From positions 1 through 64,000 of the IMG/VR virus record IMGVR_UViG_3300036770_005504: 64,000 nucleotides of DNA; one strand, given 5' to 3'. This DNA comes from a virus. Below the pieces are notes generated by a model. The model did not search any database and was not told the DNA's origin. It worked only from the letters and a program-made list of their open reading frames with translations. Every line of letters starts with the position of its first letter. Within the stretch, counting starts at the first letter, position 1. This document shows positions 45,717 through 54,912 of this stretch, piece by piece. A program made the position numbers and the translations under genes.

Positions 45717-48389
45717 TTATTCTTCAAGTTCAAAAAACATATTAAACGTGTTGGTAGTATTGGTACTATCTTTTAAATTCCAATTCAGCACACCTAACAG
45801 ATTTTCGATCTTTTGATCCACAATGGTAGTTTCCATTTCCGAATCATCAAATGGTAGTTCTTTGAACCATTCGGGCAATCGAGTTTCGTCGGTGGGATAA
45901 CCAACACTGGTCAATCCCAATGGATTGGGTCGCAATTTACAGACGATGGTCTTCATACCATCGACAATTTGCATACTATAATTATCGCTATGCATACGTC
46001 TTAGATTATTCCAATTCATAGCAGCACGAACATGTCCGGGCATATTGGCTCTACCCAGTTGTTGTTCCTTTTGCGCATAGTTAGTAAGATTGTTGACTCG
46101 TTTGGGTGTGCCTTTTTCCCATGATGGCCTTTGAGCAAATTTTGTTTTGAAATTTTTAATTTCATCAACAATAACAGAACGATCAATACCAGTCAACACA
46201 GCTTTTAAAATTTCATTGAGAAATTCCTGAACCACCTTGGGTGTGTCAGATCGTTTAAGATCAAGACCCATGGCTTTGATTTTTCCTGGTTGCTGATCTT
46301 GATCGTAACGACGGCCTTCTTTGTCATAGTATAACAATGCATACCGTTTTTTAGTAATAAACAATCCTCGTTCGGCCACAATCTCTCGACCGCATTTAAT
46401 AACTGAGCCTCGGTCTGTAGAGCAATTAAATGCTTGACTCATAAAGCCTGAGAAACTGTCGTTGACAAGGTCAGCAATATTGTCATAGACATCGACTGCA
46501 ATATCTTTGTTCCATGCCATCTTACCAGATTCGATATCAGCTTGTAAGACCGGCCATGCAGAAAAATAACAAGAATCTGTGTCATTGTATATAATGCTAC
46601 GCCCGAGGTGATTTCGATCGTTGTCGATGATATAGTTTATCTCTTGAGTCATATGTTGTGTGATTGCCCTGCCGCATAAAGTAGTGCTTTGCCCAATTCG
46701 TTTGTCAAAGAATCTACAGCCAGGATTCAAAATTGCACCGTACAGGCTGTTAAGATTAATTTTTTTAACCAACTGCCTTTTATCCCAGTATTCTTCGTCG
46801 GTTTTGTTTTCTTCTTTGATCGATTCTTTGAGTTTGGCCTGCAAATCTTTTCTTTCAGAATACCATCTTTTCAGTAGTCCAGGAATAATACCTTCTCGTT
46901 GACTGGTAAAGATTGTACCATTGGCACTCAACATCCAGGGATTATTTCCCTGAAAAATTATGTTGTAAATTTCAGCGGCTGAATGCTGTGTTTGTTCTCC
47001 GTTCTCCCAGTCTATGGTTATAATTTGATCAACACGTCTTTCCAATACTGCTGAGTATTCCAAACAGGCGAATAATCCTTCCCAAGCTTCAGCAAAACTA
47101 CGTCCTCGATCGATTCGTTCTTTGATATATGATTGGGTCATATCTTGTCTTAACTGACCCACAATCGTTTCCGGGCCCATATTTAATGCTCTAATAGTGG
47201 ACGGGTATAGACTATTAATATCAACACTGCCGACGTATTCGTGTATACCTTTTTTTGGATAGGCAACATAAGCACCAGCAGCTTGTAGATCTTCGTTGTC
47301 TCGGTTGTCTTTCCTATTAGGAACTACCATTCCTCGATCGTGTGCTTCATTGATAATAGCTTGCTCAGTGACTGCTACTGCGCCCATTGTAGTGGGCAAT
47401 AGCACAGTATTTTCATGTGCCAGTGTATTGGCTAGATCTAGGAATTTTAGTTTTTTATCAAGTCGAGCAATCAATGCCACATCTTCTCTATTGTATTGGA
47501 TGAATTTGCTGAATTCTCTATTATAGAGTTGATCTAGTGTGCCCTCATAGGCCACTTTACTGCCTACATTTTCGTATTCCCCAATGGCATCAAGACTATA
47601 GCTATGTCGTTCTTCGTAGGTATATTTTCTGTATAGTTGCATATAGTCCATATGCACACGACCTATTAGATCAAATGTAATATTCTCGGCACCGAATCTT
47701 TCAAAGGTTCTCTGTTTGGGCAGTTGATTCCAAAGACAATATCTACGTGTATCGTCACGACTGAGAACACGAGTAGTTCTCATCACCATATAGGGGATAT
47801 CAAAGCCTTCGCTGTTCCAGCCACTCAACACATCAGCATCATCGATCAGTTGCAAAAAAGTATTAAGCAATTCTTTTTCGTTTTCGCACACAAAGCAATT
47901 TTCGTATTCCTGTGCTATTGTCTGTGCCTGTTCATAATCAAGTGTGCGTGGTGGAATCACCAGTGTAATCAGTTGGTCTAACCAATCAAGATAAAGACTG
48001 ACTGCAGTGATAGGGTTAAAGGGATCTTCGGGCCGGCTATATCCTTTCAAAGGATCAAAATCTACCTCGATGTCAAAAAACACAGTATGTAGTTTGGGTG
48101 GGTCTTGATTTTTAAAATTTTCTTCGAGACACCTCAATACTGGATTGATATCAGATTCGTAGATTTTTTTGCCAGAGTGGACACGTAATTCTCGACGAAA
48201 CTCTTTGGAATTTTTTGTTTGAAATCGACTGACTGGTGTATCAAAAATTGATCGATATTTGCCTCGAGGATCGTCATAATAGAATCGATACTCAGCTGGA
48301 TATTCCTGATAATAACGTTCACCTTCACGTCGACCCACAATGTGGATTCGGTCTTTGGTTCGATCATGTAATGCATCGATATATGACAC
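45717..48389 (-). CDS. Family B DNA polymerase
   Basis: Exonuclease motifs FDIEV, GWNSEGFD, YNREDV; polymerase motifs DINSLYP, KINLNSLYG, YNDTDS, KKRY. Confidence 0.96.
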   Translation of the reverse strand: MSYIDALHDRTKDRIHIVGRREGERYYQEYPAEYRFYYDDPRGKYRSIFDTPVSRFQTKNSKEFRRELRVHSGKKIYESDINPVLRCLEENFKNQDPPKLHTVFFDIEVDFDPLKGYSRPEDPFNPITAVSLYLDWLDQLITLVIPPRTLDYEQAQTIAQEYENCFVCENEKELLNTFLQLIDDADVLSGWNSEGFDIPYMVMRTTRVLSRDDTRRYCLWNQLPKQRTFERFGAENITFDLIGRVHMDYMQLYRKYTYEERHSYSLDAIGEYENVGSKVAYEGTLDQLYNREFSKFIQYNREDVALIARLDKKLKFLDLANTLAHENTVLLPTTMGAVAVTEQAIINEAHDRGMVVPNRKDNRDNEDLQAAGAYVAYPKKGIHEYVGSVDINSLYPSTIRALNMGPETIVGQLRQDMTQSYIKERIDRGRSFAEAWEGLFACLEYSAVLERRVDQIITIDWENGEQTQHSAAEIYNIIFQGNNPWMLSANGTIFTSQREGIIPGLLKRWYSERKDLQAKLKESIKEENKTDEEYWDKRQLVKKINLNSLYGAILNPGCRFFDKRIGQSTTLCGRAITQHMTQEINYIIDNDRNHLGRSIIYNDTDSCYFSAWPVLQADIESGKMAWNKDIAVDVYDNIADLVNDSFSGFMSQAFNCSTDRGSVIKCGREIVAERGLFITKKRYALLYYDKEGRRYDQDQQPGKIKAMGLDLKRSDTPKVVQEFLNEILKAVLTGIDRSVIVDEIKNFKTKFAQRPSWEKGTPKRVNNLTNYAQKEQQLGRANMPGHVRAAMNWNNLRRMHSDNYSMQIVDGMKTIVCKLRPNPLGLTSVGYPTDETRLPEWFKELPFDDSEMETTIVDQKIENLLGVLNWNLKDSTNTTNTFNMFFELEE

Positions 48390-48403
48390 TGATTATAACC
48401 TTT

Positions 48404-48664
48404 TTAAAGTGTTCGTCCTACAGTTTCAAGAATAGTTTCCAATACTTCGTGATCGTGTTTCTCTCGTCCAAATTCTGCTTTGTGTGCTAGTCTAATAGCT
48501 TTTTTCAAAATATTAGGTTTAATTTCCAATTCTTCCGCAATAGCTTTAATTGTATCACTGAGTCCGGCATTCAGTGTTTCAACTTCTTGCATGACCTGCA
48601 TACCTTCATTGATCAACCGTTGAAGTTTGGCTTTTTGTTCAGCAGAAAACATTTTGTCTGACAT
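48404..48664 (-). CDS. Small dsDNA-binding protein (T4 DsbA/GapR-like)
   Basis: Helical; IKAIAEELEIKPNILKKAIRLAHK; next to polB. Confidence 0.6.
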   Translation of the reverse strand: MSDKMFSAEQKAKLQRLINEGMQVMQEVETLNAGLSDTIKAIAEELEIKPNILKKAIRLAHKAEFGREKHDHEVLETILETVGRTL

Positions 48665-48733
48665 ATATTTGTCCTTGTAAAAGTTATATTATAGTGTAGT
48701 TATCTAGAGAAAACAACCAGGCAATTTATCAGT

Positions 48734-49042
48734 TTATTGCCAAATTTGTTCCATGACAGACATCACATTATCTGTCCCTACAGTGTTTTCTAATCGAGAT
48801 ACCTTTTTTTGAAGACGTTGAATAGTTTTTTCAAGATTGCGTATTTTTGATTCGTGATCCTGGTCGTTGGTTTCGCTATGTTCAATACCACGCATCAGCC
48901 ATTTTAAAAATGCCTCCGACCGTGATTGATAACCTGGATAGTGCCCAAAAGCATAATCCATTTTTCTTTGCAACAAAGGATCATTGAATTTAGATTCATT
49001 ATCGGTTTGTTGTCGTTCATGGATCAAATCTTGGATAATCAT
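48734..49042 (-). CDS. Hypothetical late protein
   Basis: MIIQDLIHE N-terminus, coiled coil. Confidence 0.65.
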   Translation of the reverse strand: MIIQDLIHERQQTDNESKFNDPLLQRKMDYAFGHYPGYQSRSEAFLKWLMRGIEHSETNDQDHESKIRNLEKTIQRLQKKVSRLENTVGTDNVMSVMEQIWQ

Positions 49043-49048
49043 AATAAG

Positions 49049-49717
49049 TTATCTTTCTTCAATGTAATCGCCGGATTGCTGTGATTTATTTTTTCTAGAT
49101 CGGTATATATCAACTGCCATTACTGCATCATCAATGTTTTTGAATTGTCGATCAATAAAACGATCTCCCAAGCCCAATCGAAACCCTTGATTCTCATCTC
49201 CGTGTATTTCTAAAATTTTGCCATTTTCCAGTGTAATAGTTTTGATTGGTATACTGCCCGAATCGGACTGCATAGAAGATGATGATTCTGGTGGATCAGG
49301 ATTAGGTTCGGTTTCGGTAGGATCTTCTTCTACAGGAACCGAATCTGAATCGAGATTTTTTTCTATCACTGCTTGAGCTTTTTTCAATAGTTCATTATTT
49401 TCTTGAGTTTTGTTGGCCAACATATCTAGATATTGACGAAGATCATTGCGAGTTTTACTGATCATATCTTCTTCGACACTACGCATTGCTTCTTCCAATG
49501 GAGTTTGTGCTACATCAATGTCATCGCCAACAAAATGTCCAGCTGTGGGATGTTGTGGATCTGTTTTATTGGTCAGCACTGCAATCTTTTTTGGACGAAA
49601 TAATGCTGGTAGTTGATCAACACTTTTTTGTTGGGAAGTTAATCCAGACTTGGTACTAACTGGACTGGTGCGTCCTTCGATCATGTTAAAACTTTGTAAT
49701 ATTCTAGATATATCCAT
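49049..49717 (-). CDS. Hypothetical protein
   Basis: ORF in operon. Confidence 0.7.
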   Translation of the reverse strand: MDISRILQSFNMIEGRTSPVSTKSGLTSQQKSVDQLPALFRPKKIAVLTNKTDPQHPTAGHFVGDDIDVAQTPLEEAMRSVEEDMISKTRNDLRQYLDMLANKTQENNELLKKAQAVIEKNLDSDSVPVEEDPTETEPNPDPPESSSSMQSDSGSIPIKTITLENGKILEIHGDENQGFRLGLGDRFIDRQFKNIDDAVMAVDIYRSRKNKSQQSGDYIEER

Positions 49718-49721
49718 GATG

Positions 49722-50162
49722 TTATGCTCTTTCTACTTTGAGGAAACTCTGTAACATCCATCGATGTTTGCCCATGGCATCAATTCTTCCGGCCACAAAA
49801 TCAGCAACACCTTGTTGGTTTTCACTTTCGGCCGATGAAAAACATCGATTTAGTAGATCTATTAAAGTTTGGCAGTCATTTAATAATTCTTCTAACATTA
49901 ATCTAGCTCGAGGAATTTTAGTTTGTCCAGAAATTAAACTTAATTCACTGAATCTTTCAAAACTACCCGGAGTATATTCTCCCAAAATTCTGATATATTC
50001 AGCAGTGGGATCTATTGCATCATAGACTTCTTCATAAATTTTACCAAAAAATTTATGTAATTGACTGAAGTCTGGACCTTCTACATTCCAATGAAATAAT
50101 TGTGCCTTTATAACAAACGCATATTCAGTGGCTAATAAAACTTTGAGATCATCTGTTAACAC
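49722..50162 (-). CDS. dps: Dps/ferritin-like DNA protection protein
   Basis: FHWNVEGPDF.QLH.FF..IYEE, D..AE.IR.LG, KHRWML. Confidence 0.9.
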   Translation of the reverse strand: MLTDDLKVLLATEYAFVIKAQLFHWNVEGPDFSQLHKFFGKIYEEVYDAIDPTAEYIRILGEYTPGSFERFSELSLISGQTKIPRARLMLEELLNDCQTLIDLLNRCFSSAESENQQGVADFVAGRIDAMGKHRWMLQSFLKVERA

Positions 50163-50337
50163 TTTTATCTCCTTGGCCGAACACAGTTAAATTCGGTGTA
50201 TTAGAATATTTAGCTGATTTAACAGATTCACCGGTTCTTGTGATGGGTTTATGATAATTCAATGGACCAGAAATCACTGCAATATTACCAGCACTAGTTG
50301 TTGCTGCTGAAGAATTTTCTTGTATATTTTTATTCAT
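50149..50337 (-). CDS. Hypothetical protein
   Basis: IQENSSAATTSAGNIA; ORF in operon. Confidence 0.6.
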   Translation of the reverse strand: MNKNIQENSSAATTSAGNIAVISGPLNYHKPITRTGESVKSAKYSNTPNLTVFGQGDKSVNR

Positions 50338-50642
50338 GCACGTATCCTTAATGTATTTTTTATCAATTGAGTCGACCCAGTTGTTTCTAAAATTTCAATG
50401 TTTTTTAATTTTATCACTGCTGAAGTTGCCGGTATGACTTGATATTTAATCAAATAATCCCCCGGTGGTGCTGAGATTGGTATAATCTCTTTGAGATATG
50501 CATCATGCCATAACCATGTTCTTTCTGTAAACAATTCTTCATTGACATAAAGTCGATAGATAGGGTTTTGCTCGAGAATTTTACAATGAACATCGATGGC
50601 AACAACAACATTGACAATTTTTGATTTGTTTTTCTCGACCAT
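50334..50642 (-). CDS. Hypothetical protein
   Basis: YRLYVNEELFTERTW. Confidence 0.7.
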   Translation of the reverse strand: MVEKNKSKIVNVVVAIDVHCKILEQNPIYRLYVNEELFTERTWLWHDAYLKEIIPISAPPGDYLIKYQVIPATSAVIKLKNIEILETTGSTQLIKNTLRIRA

Positions 50643-51506
50643 TTATTTTATGGATTTCCATTTTTCAGCTAAACTATCAACAAACTCCGATACTTTGGTA
50701 AATCCACGCTCTCGCATATATTGAATAATTGTAGTAGCGTGTCGACGATCTGGCCCACTGTCGGGTTTACGAGCGTTGGACAAATCATTGGCCAACCCCT
50801 GTGCGGAATTCGATCTATCGTAAGTATACATCAAATTGTATCTTATACGATCAGCATCTTTGCTTAATTGTGTTTTGTCTTTGGCTTTTATTAGTTCGAT
50901 CCATGGTGTCATGTATCCACGGCGGCGACTGGGAACATACCCCCGAGCAGTGTCCTGACCGGGCAATGCACCACTGGTAGTTTTTCTAGTATCTAACATT
51001 CTCCAACTGTTTTTATCACGATAGAAATATGTGTCAATTCCCCTACGTTTAGCAGCAATTAGACACTGTCGAGCCCATGCTTTGATTTGATCGTCTGCAT
51101 CAGGGCTTACATAAATGTGTACCGCAGTTACTCCATCAATGGATATAGTAGGCTCGGCACTGAATACACGATCTTCAGCTTCATGAGCACGATGATGCTG
51201 TTGATGAGGAGACCTATTAAGCCAATAATCAACCGGTTGAGATTTATAGTGTCTGTTAAACCAATTTCCATCTAACACAAACATCACCGCAGAACTACCG
51301 ATAATGTCATGATATCCACCAGTGCGTGTGCGTGTGGTACTAAGAAAGTAATATTGGCCGCGCGGCATATACTGTTGTTCCACGCTGCCCATGCCACTGC
51401 TGAGTTCAAATTGCCCCGATATTAAAATTTTTCGAGCCGCAGAGATATTGGTATAATGATAAGCTACTCTGCTGAGACTTTCTGCAATAAATTCTACAGC
51501 TTTCAT
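50643..51506 (-). CDS. Putative internal virion protein, possible ADP-ribosyltransferase-like fold
   Basis: MKAVEFIAE tag; YHYT...FLSTTR...EAEDR. Confidence 0.55.
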   Translation of the reverse strand: MKAVEFIAESLSRVAYHYTNISAARKILISGQFELSSGMGSVEQQYMPRGQYYFLSTTRTRTGGYHDIIGSSAVMFVLDGNWFNRHYKSQPVDYWLNRSPHQQHHRAHEAEDRVFSAEPTISIDGVTAVHIYVSPDADDQIKAWARQCLIAAKRRGIDTYFYRDKNSWRMLDTRKTTSGALPGQDTARGYVPSRRRGYMTPWIELIKAKDKTQLSKDADRIRYNLMYTYDRSNSAQGLANDLSNARKPDSGPDRRHATTIIQYMRERGFTKVSEFVDSLAEKWKSIK

Positions 51507-51979
51507 AGTAGTCCTATTTTGCCTGGATACAGTGGTCCACGTTCTATTCGTTCACCACCATCATAGTATTTAAGCTCAATGGGCAAACTGTTCCAACCCA
51601 AGCGAGCAGCAGCCATTATGCGATGATTGCCTTCGTTGACCCAAGCTTCTCCATTATGGGCCACCATTATGAATGGCACATACTCCTCACCGGATTTGGT
51701 TAAAGGTAAACGACCTGTGTCCTTCATTATCTGCATAATAGCAATCAAATCGTCCTGTCGAACATTTCGTTGTTCATTACGCATACCAGGCAAACTTTTC
51801 AGTATATCAACCGGTACACGAACATCGCCACGAACCGAGGCTGTGGTAGCACCAAAGTAAGGTGCTCCCCACCGATCGCGACCTTTTTCTTTAGCATAAG
51901 CAATTTTGCTGTTTAACCAATCTTCGTTGGGAACATCAATATTGAGTTGTGCTTCAATGATGAATTCTCTGGCTTTCAT
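51503..51979 (-). CDS. ParB/Srx-like domain protein with N-terminal tag
   Basis: MKAREFIIE tag; PFIMV..WVNEGNHRIMAA. Confidence 0.7.
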   Translation of the reverse strand: MKAREFIIEAQLNIDVPNEDWLNSKIAYAKEKGRDRWGAPYFGATTASVRGDVRVPVDILKSLPGMRNEQRNVRQDDLIAIMQIMKDTGRLPLTKSGEEYVPFIMVAHNGEAWVNEGNHRIMAAARLGWNSLPIELKYYDGGERIERGPLYPGKIGLL

Positions 51980-52567
51980 TTAAGACCCCTGAGTTCTGAT
52001 GTTGACTTCGCTTATGAGTTGGAGACGATCTCGATTAAACCAAGCAGTGGATTCTACGTCCCACATGCTCATAAGTATGTTATTCAAACTACTGCCCCAA
52101 GTGCCGCTCAATCTAGCAGGGTATCTTATACCATCTACCAACTGACCTAATTTCGCCCAGGGATAATCATCTATAATACTATCTCCCTGTAACTTGTGCC
52201 CAAGAATCTGAGCTATTTTTCTTGCTGCTTGGTCACTACCGATATTTAATACTCGTGCTCCGGGTTTAACCTGATATAACTGTCCTTTGGGTGCCAACCA
52301 TTGAGCCATATTTTCTCGGCACCATTCAGCCCATTGACTGGTATACGAATCTTTGCCGGTGGGTATGGCTGTACTGGTCCATATACTTGCTCGTGGTTTG
52401 ACACTTTCCTTGACATATTGTGAATTACGAGGAATGTAGAGTTGATATTTCAAACTTCGACTGGCGGCCATCTTGTTGCCATTGTCTTGTGCTTGAGCTA
52501 TTAGAGCTTCAATGGCAGGAGTAATTTCCATATTGCTGTTTTCGAATGTGAATTCACTGGATCTCAT
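51980..52567 (-). CDS. Hypothetical protein with N-terminal tag
   Basis: Start MRSSEFTFE overlaps the upstream stop. Confidence 0.65.
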   Translation of the reverse strand: MRSSEFTFENSNMEITPAIEALIAQAQDNGNKMAASRSLKYQLYIPRNSQYVKESVKPRASIWTSTAIPTGKDSYTSQWAEWCRENMAQWLAPKGQLYQVKPGARVLNIGSDQAARKIAQILGHKLQGDSIIDDYPWAKLGQLVDGIRYPARLSGTWGSSLNNILMSMWDVESTAWFNRDRLQLISEVNIRTQGS

Positions 52568-54909
52568 TTTTTCTTGTTCCTTCCTCGACGCATATTTAGT
52601 TGCCACTGAGCCATTCGTCGTCGTTCTCCATTACTGGATTTAGCTATTTTTTCTAATTGTCCCAATGTGGCTTTTTTTGGTATACCTACTCTACGACTCA
52701 GTCCTTTGCGGCCTGGGTTTCGACCGTCAGCAAAGTTTTCCTCCACATCTTGCTTTCCGGATATTTTTTTAAGAGTTTGGTGTGCTCGATCAGCTACAAA
52801 AGTTCCTTTTTCTTCATCATTGCCGCGATAAAGATACTTGGCAGTGCCACGATTATCAAGCCAAGGTCCAACTATTTCATATGTTCTTCCAGTTTTAGCA
52901 CTGTACACTATATCTCCAGGTTCCCACAGCCATGTATCTGGATGTTGAGCCTTTAGTATAGCCATATTGGCTTGCATCTGTGATACATGGCCACGAACAG
53001 CATTACCTAAACTTTGATGAAACCCTTTAAGTTTTTTGCTGTCATCGTCGCCCATGCTTTCTGTCACATTTTCATTGAAGGAGGCATTAAGCCATGGATC
53101 TGTTATTACCAATGTTTTACCGCGTAGCATGATATTAAAATCATCGTCGGACTTTATAAAGTCATTTTCAAAACCCAGTGCTCGGCCACGTTGGGCTACC
53201 GACTTTAGTGTTTTATAAAATAGTTCATAGCCCGGATATCGTTGTTCCAATGGTGTATTATTTTCTACGGAATTGATCATGTCAAATAGCATATCATCAT
53301 ATTCGCTGGGTGCTGGAATATCTAACAATCGTTCTTGGGCAATCTGAACGAATCTTTCGCCGTCAATATAGAAATCAGCGTAATCCTGTCCTTGTATTTC
53401 ACCAAATTTTGGAAGATGTGGGTTTTTCTGATTGGCCTGACAGTATTTGTAAAATTCTAAGAAAGGGATTTCTGCAGAACGCACAGTTTTTTCATCTTGG
53501 GGGATTAATATTTTTATAATATTGCCTTGTTGTTTTGCGTAAACTTGAGCGTCTCTACCACCCCCCAGCCGTTGGTAACCCATTTTTTTCATATGGGCAT
53601 TTATAAGTTTTAAATGGCGTTGATAGTCGATGTCTTCCACCACACCTTGTTTGCCAATTTCTTCTATATCTCTGTCGGGCACAATTCGTGATGGAATAGA
53701 TTTTAGGTCTAATAATTTGTAAGCCCAAAATCTGTGATGCCCATCTAATACTTGATAACCATCTTTGTATTTACGAACTAATATAGGAGGAAGTCGATCG
53801 CCTTTTTTCAAACCTGCAACAATTTTTTTAACATTAGCTCGGCTTTTAGGTTGACTCATTTTACTGTCTGGTTCAAACCCCACAAGTTTATTGACCGGAA
53901 TGTTGATAACTGGTAATCTATCAAACCCGGTGTCATCTACCTCAGCACCAAAATAGTCAGGTTCTGTATAGAGTTTTATCTTGCCTTCCGCCACATTTTG
54001 CCGAGCATTTTCTTCTATTTCTATGTTCGGTAAATGAGTATCAAATTTCAATGACAGTGCAGTTCGAAATTTATCGTATTCACCGATTGATAAAAATGTA
54101 AACGTATTGAAAATTGATAAATCTCTCATGGTCTTAGATGGATAAGTTCGTTTGCCCAATTTGGTTTTAAATGTCAATCCATCATTGCTTTTTGCTACAA
54201 ATACTGCAATTGATGGTGCATCAAGCGGCATTATTTTGTTACCTACTAGAGATAATGGAACTACAATATATTTTTTACCTTTGGTCAATTGCGACGACAT
54301 GTTAAATAGAGATACAAAATACTCTTTCTTGTCAATGTCAACTGATTCAGTTAAACTACCTTTTGTATAAAATTCCTCAAAAATGGACATCTTATCTTCC
54401 ATGCTCAGGCCTTCGTCTAACTCTGACCAGACGATGCCTTCCGCTACATCCTTTTTTATTTTTTTGAAAATGTAGTGTTGATGATAAGCATCATCTTTTG
54501 TGCTAAGTGCATACCCCAAGCCAGCAGCATATTTTTTTGCTAGAGCTGTATATAACTTTTGACGGCTACCTGTTTCGTCCTCATGCTTAATTGCGGAAAA
54601 TCTAATTTCATTAGGCTGTTGATTGTTGATAAATTGCTGTATGGCCGATAAAACGGTTGCAAAGATTCGTTGTTGATCCCCTTGTCCGGTTTTTTTAATA
54701 GTGCCGCCACGATAAAAATCCACATCCCAATCATTATAAAGCGGACTTTCCTTATTAAAATTAATTTCTAGATTTGTGCCATCTGGCAGAGCAGCCCAGG
54801 TCTTAAGTGGTTCACCAAAGTCTTCTTGATACCAGTCTATTAGGTTATAGGGTTGGTTGAGACTTTCATTAAGTTTACTTAAATCGATAATAAATTCTTT
54901 TGCTCTCAT
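52564..54909 (-). CDS. Modular polyprotein (6 modules, including ParB-like and kinase-like domains)
   Basis: MRAKEFII tag; PPILV..VLDGHHRFWA (ParB-like); LGGGRDAQVY..IIKI..NIML..VITDP (kinase-like); xVxE linkers. Confidence 0.75.
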   Translation of the reverse strand: MRAKEFIIDLSKLNESLNQPYNLIDWYQEDFGEPLKTWAALPDGTNLEINFNKESPLYNDWDVDFYRGGTIKKTGQGDQQRIFATVLSAIQQFINNQQPNEIRFSAIKHEDETGSRQKLYTALAKKYAAGLGYALSTKDDAYHQHYIFKKIKKDVAEGIVWSELDEGLSMEDKMSIFEEFYTKGSLTESVDIDKKEYFVSLFNMSSQLTKGKKYIVVPLSLVGNKIMPLDAPSIAVFVAKSNDGLTFKTKLGKRTYPSKTMRDLSIFNTFTFLSIGEYDKFRTALSLKFDTHLPNIEIEENARQNVAEGKIKLYTEPDYFGAEVDDTGFDRLPVINIPVNKLVGFEPDSKMSQPKSRANVKKIVAGLKKGDRLPPILVRKYKDGYQVLDGHHRFWAYKLLDLKSIPSRIVPDRDIEEIGKQGVVEDIDYQRHLKLINAHMKKMGYQRLGGGRDAQVYAKQQGNIIKILIPQDEKTVRSAEIPFLEFYKYCQANQKNPHLPKFGEIQGQDYADFYIDGERFVQIAQERLLDIPAPSEYDDMLFDMINSVENNTPLEQRYPGYELFYKTLKSVAQRGRALGFENDFIKSDDDFNIMLRGKTLVITDPWLNASFNENVTESMGDDDSKKLKGFHQSLGNAVRGHVSQMQANMAILKAQHPDTWLWEPGDIVYSAKTGRTYEIVGPWLDNRGTAKYLYRGNDEEKGTFVADRAHQTLKKISGKQDVEENFADGRNPGRKGLSRRVGIPKKATLGQLEKIAKSSNGERRRMAQWQLNMRRGRNKKK

Positions 54910-54912
54910 TTT

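Noticed and set aside
45717-48389. Intein or intron in the DNA polymerase
   Set aside because: 890 aa with normally spaced motifs and no intein termini
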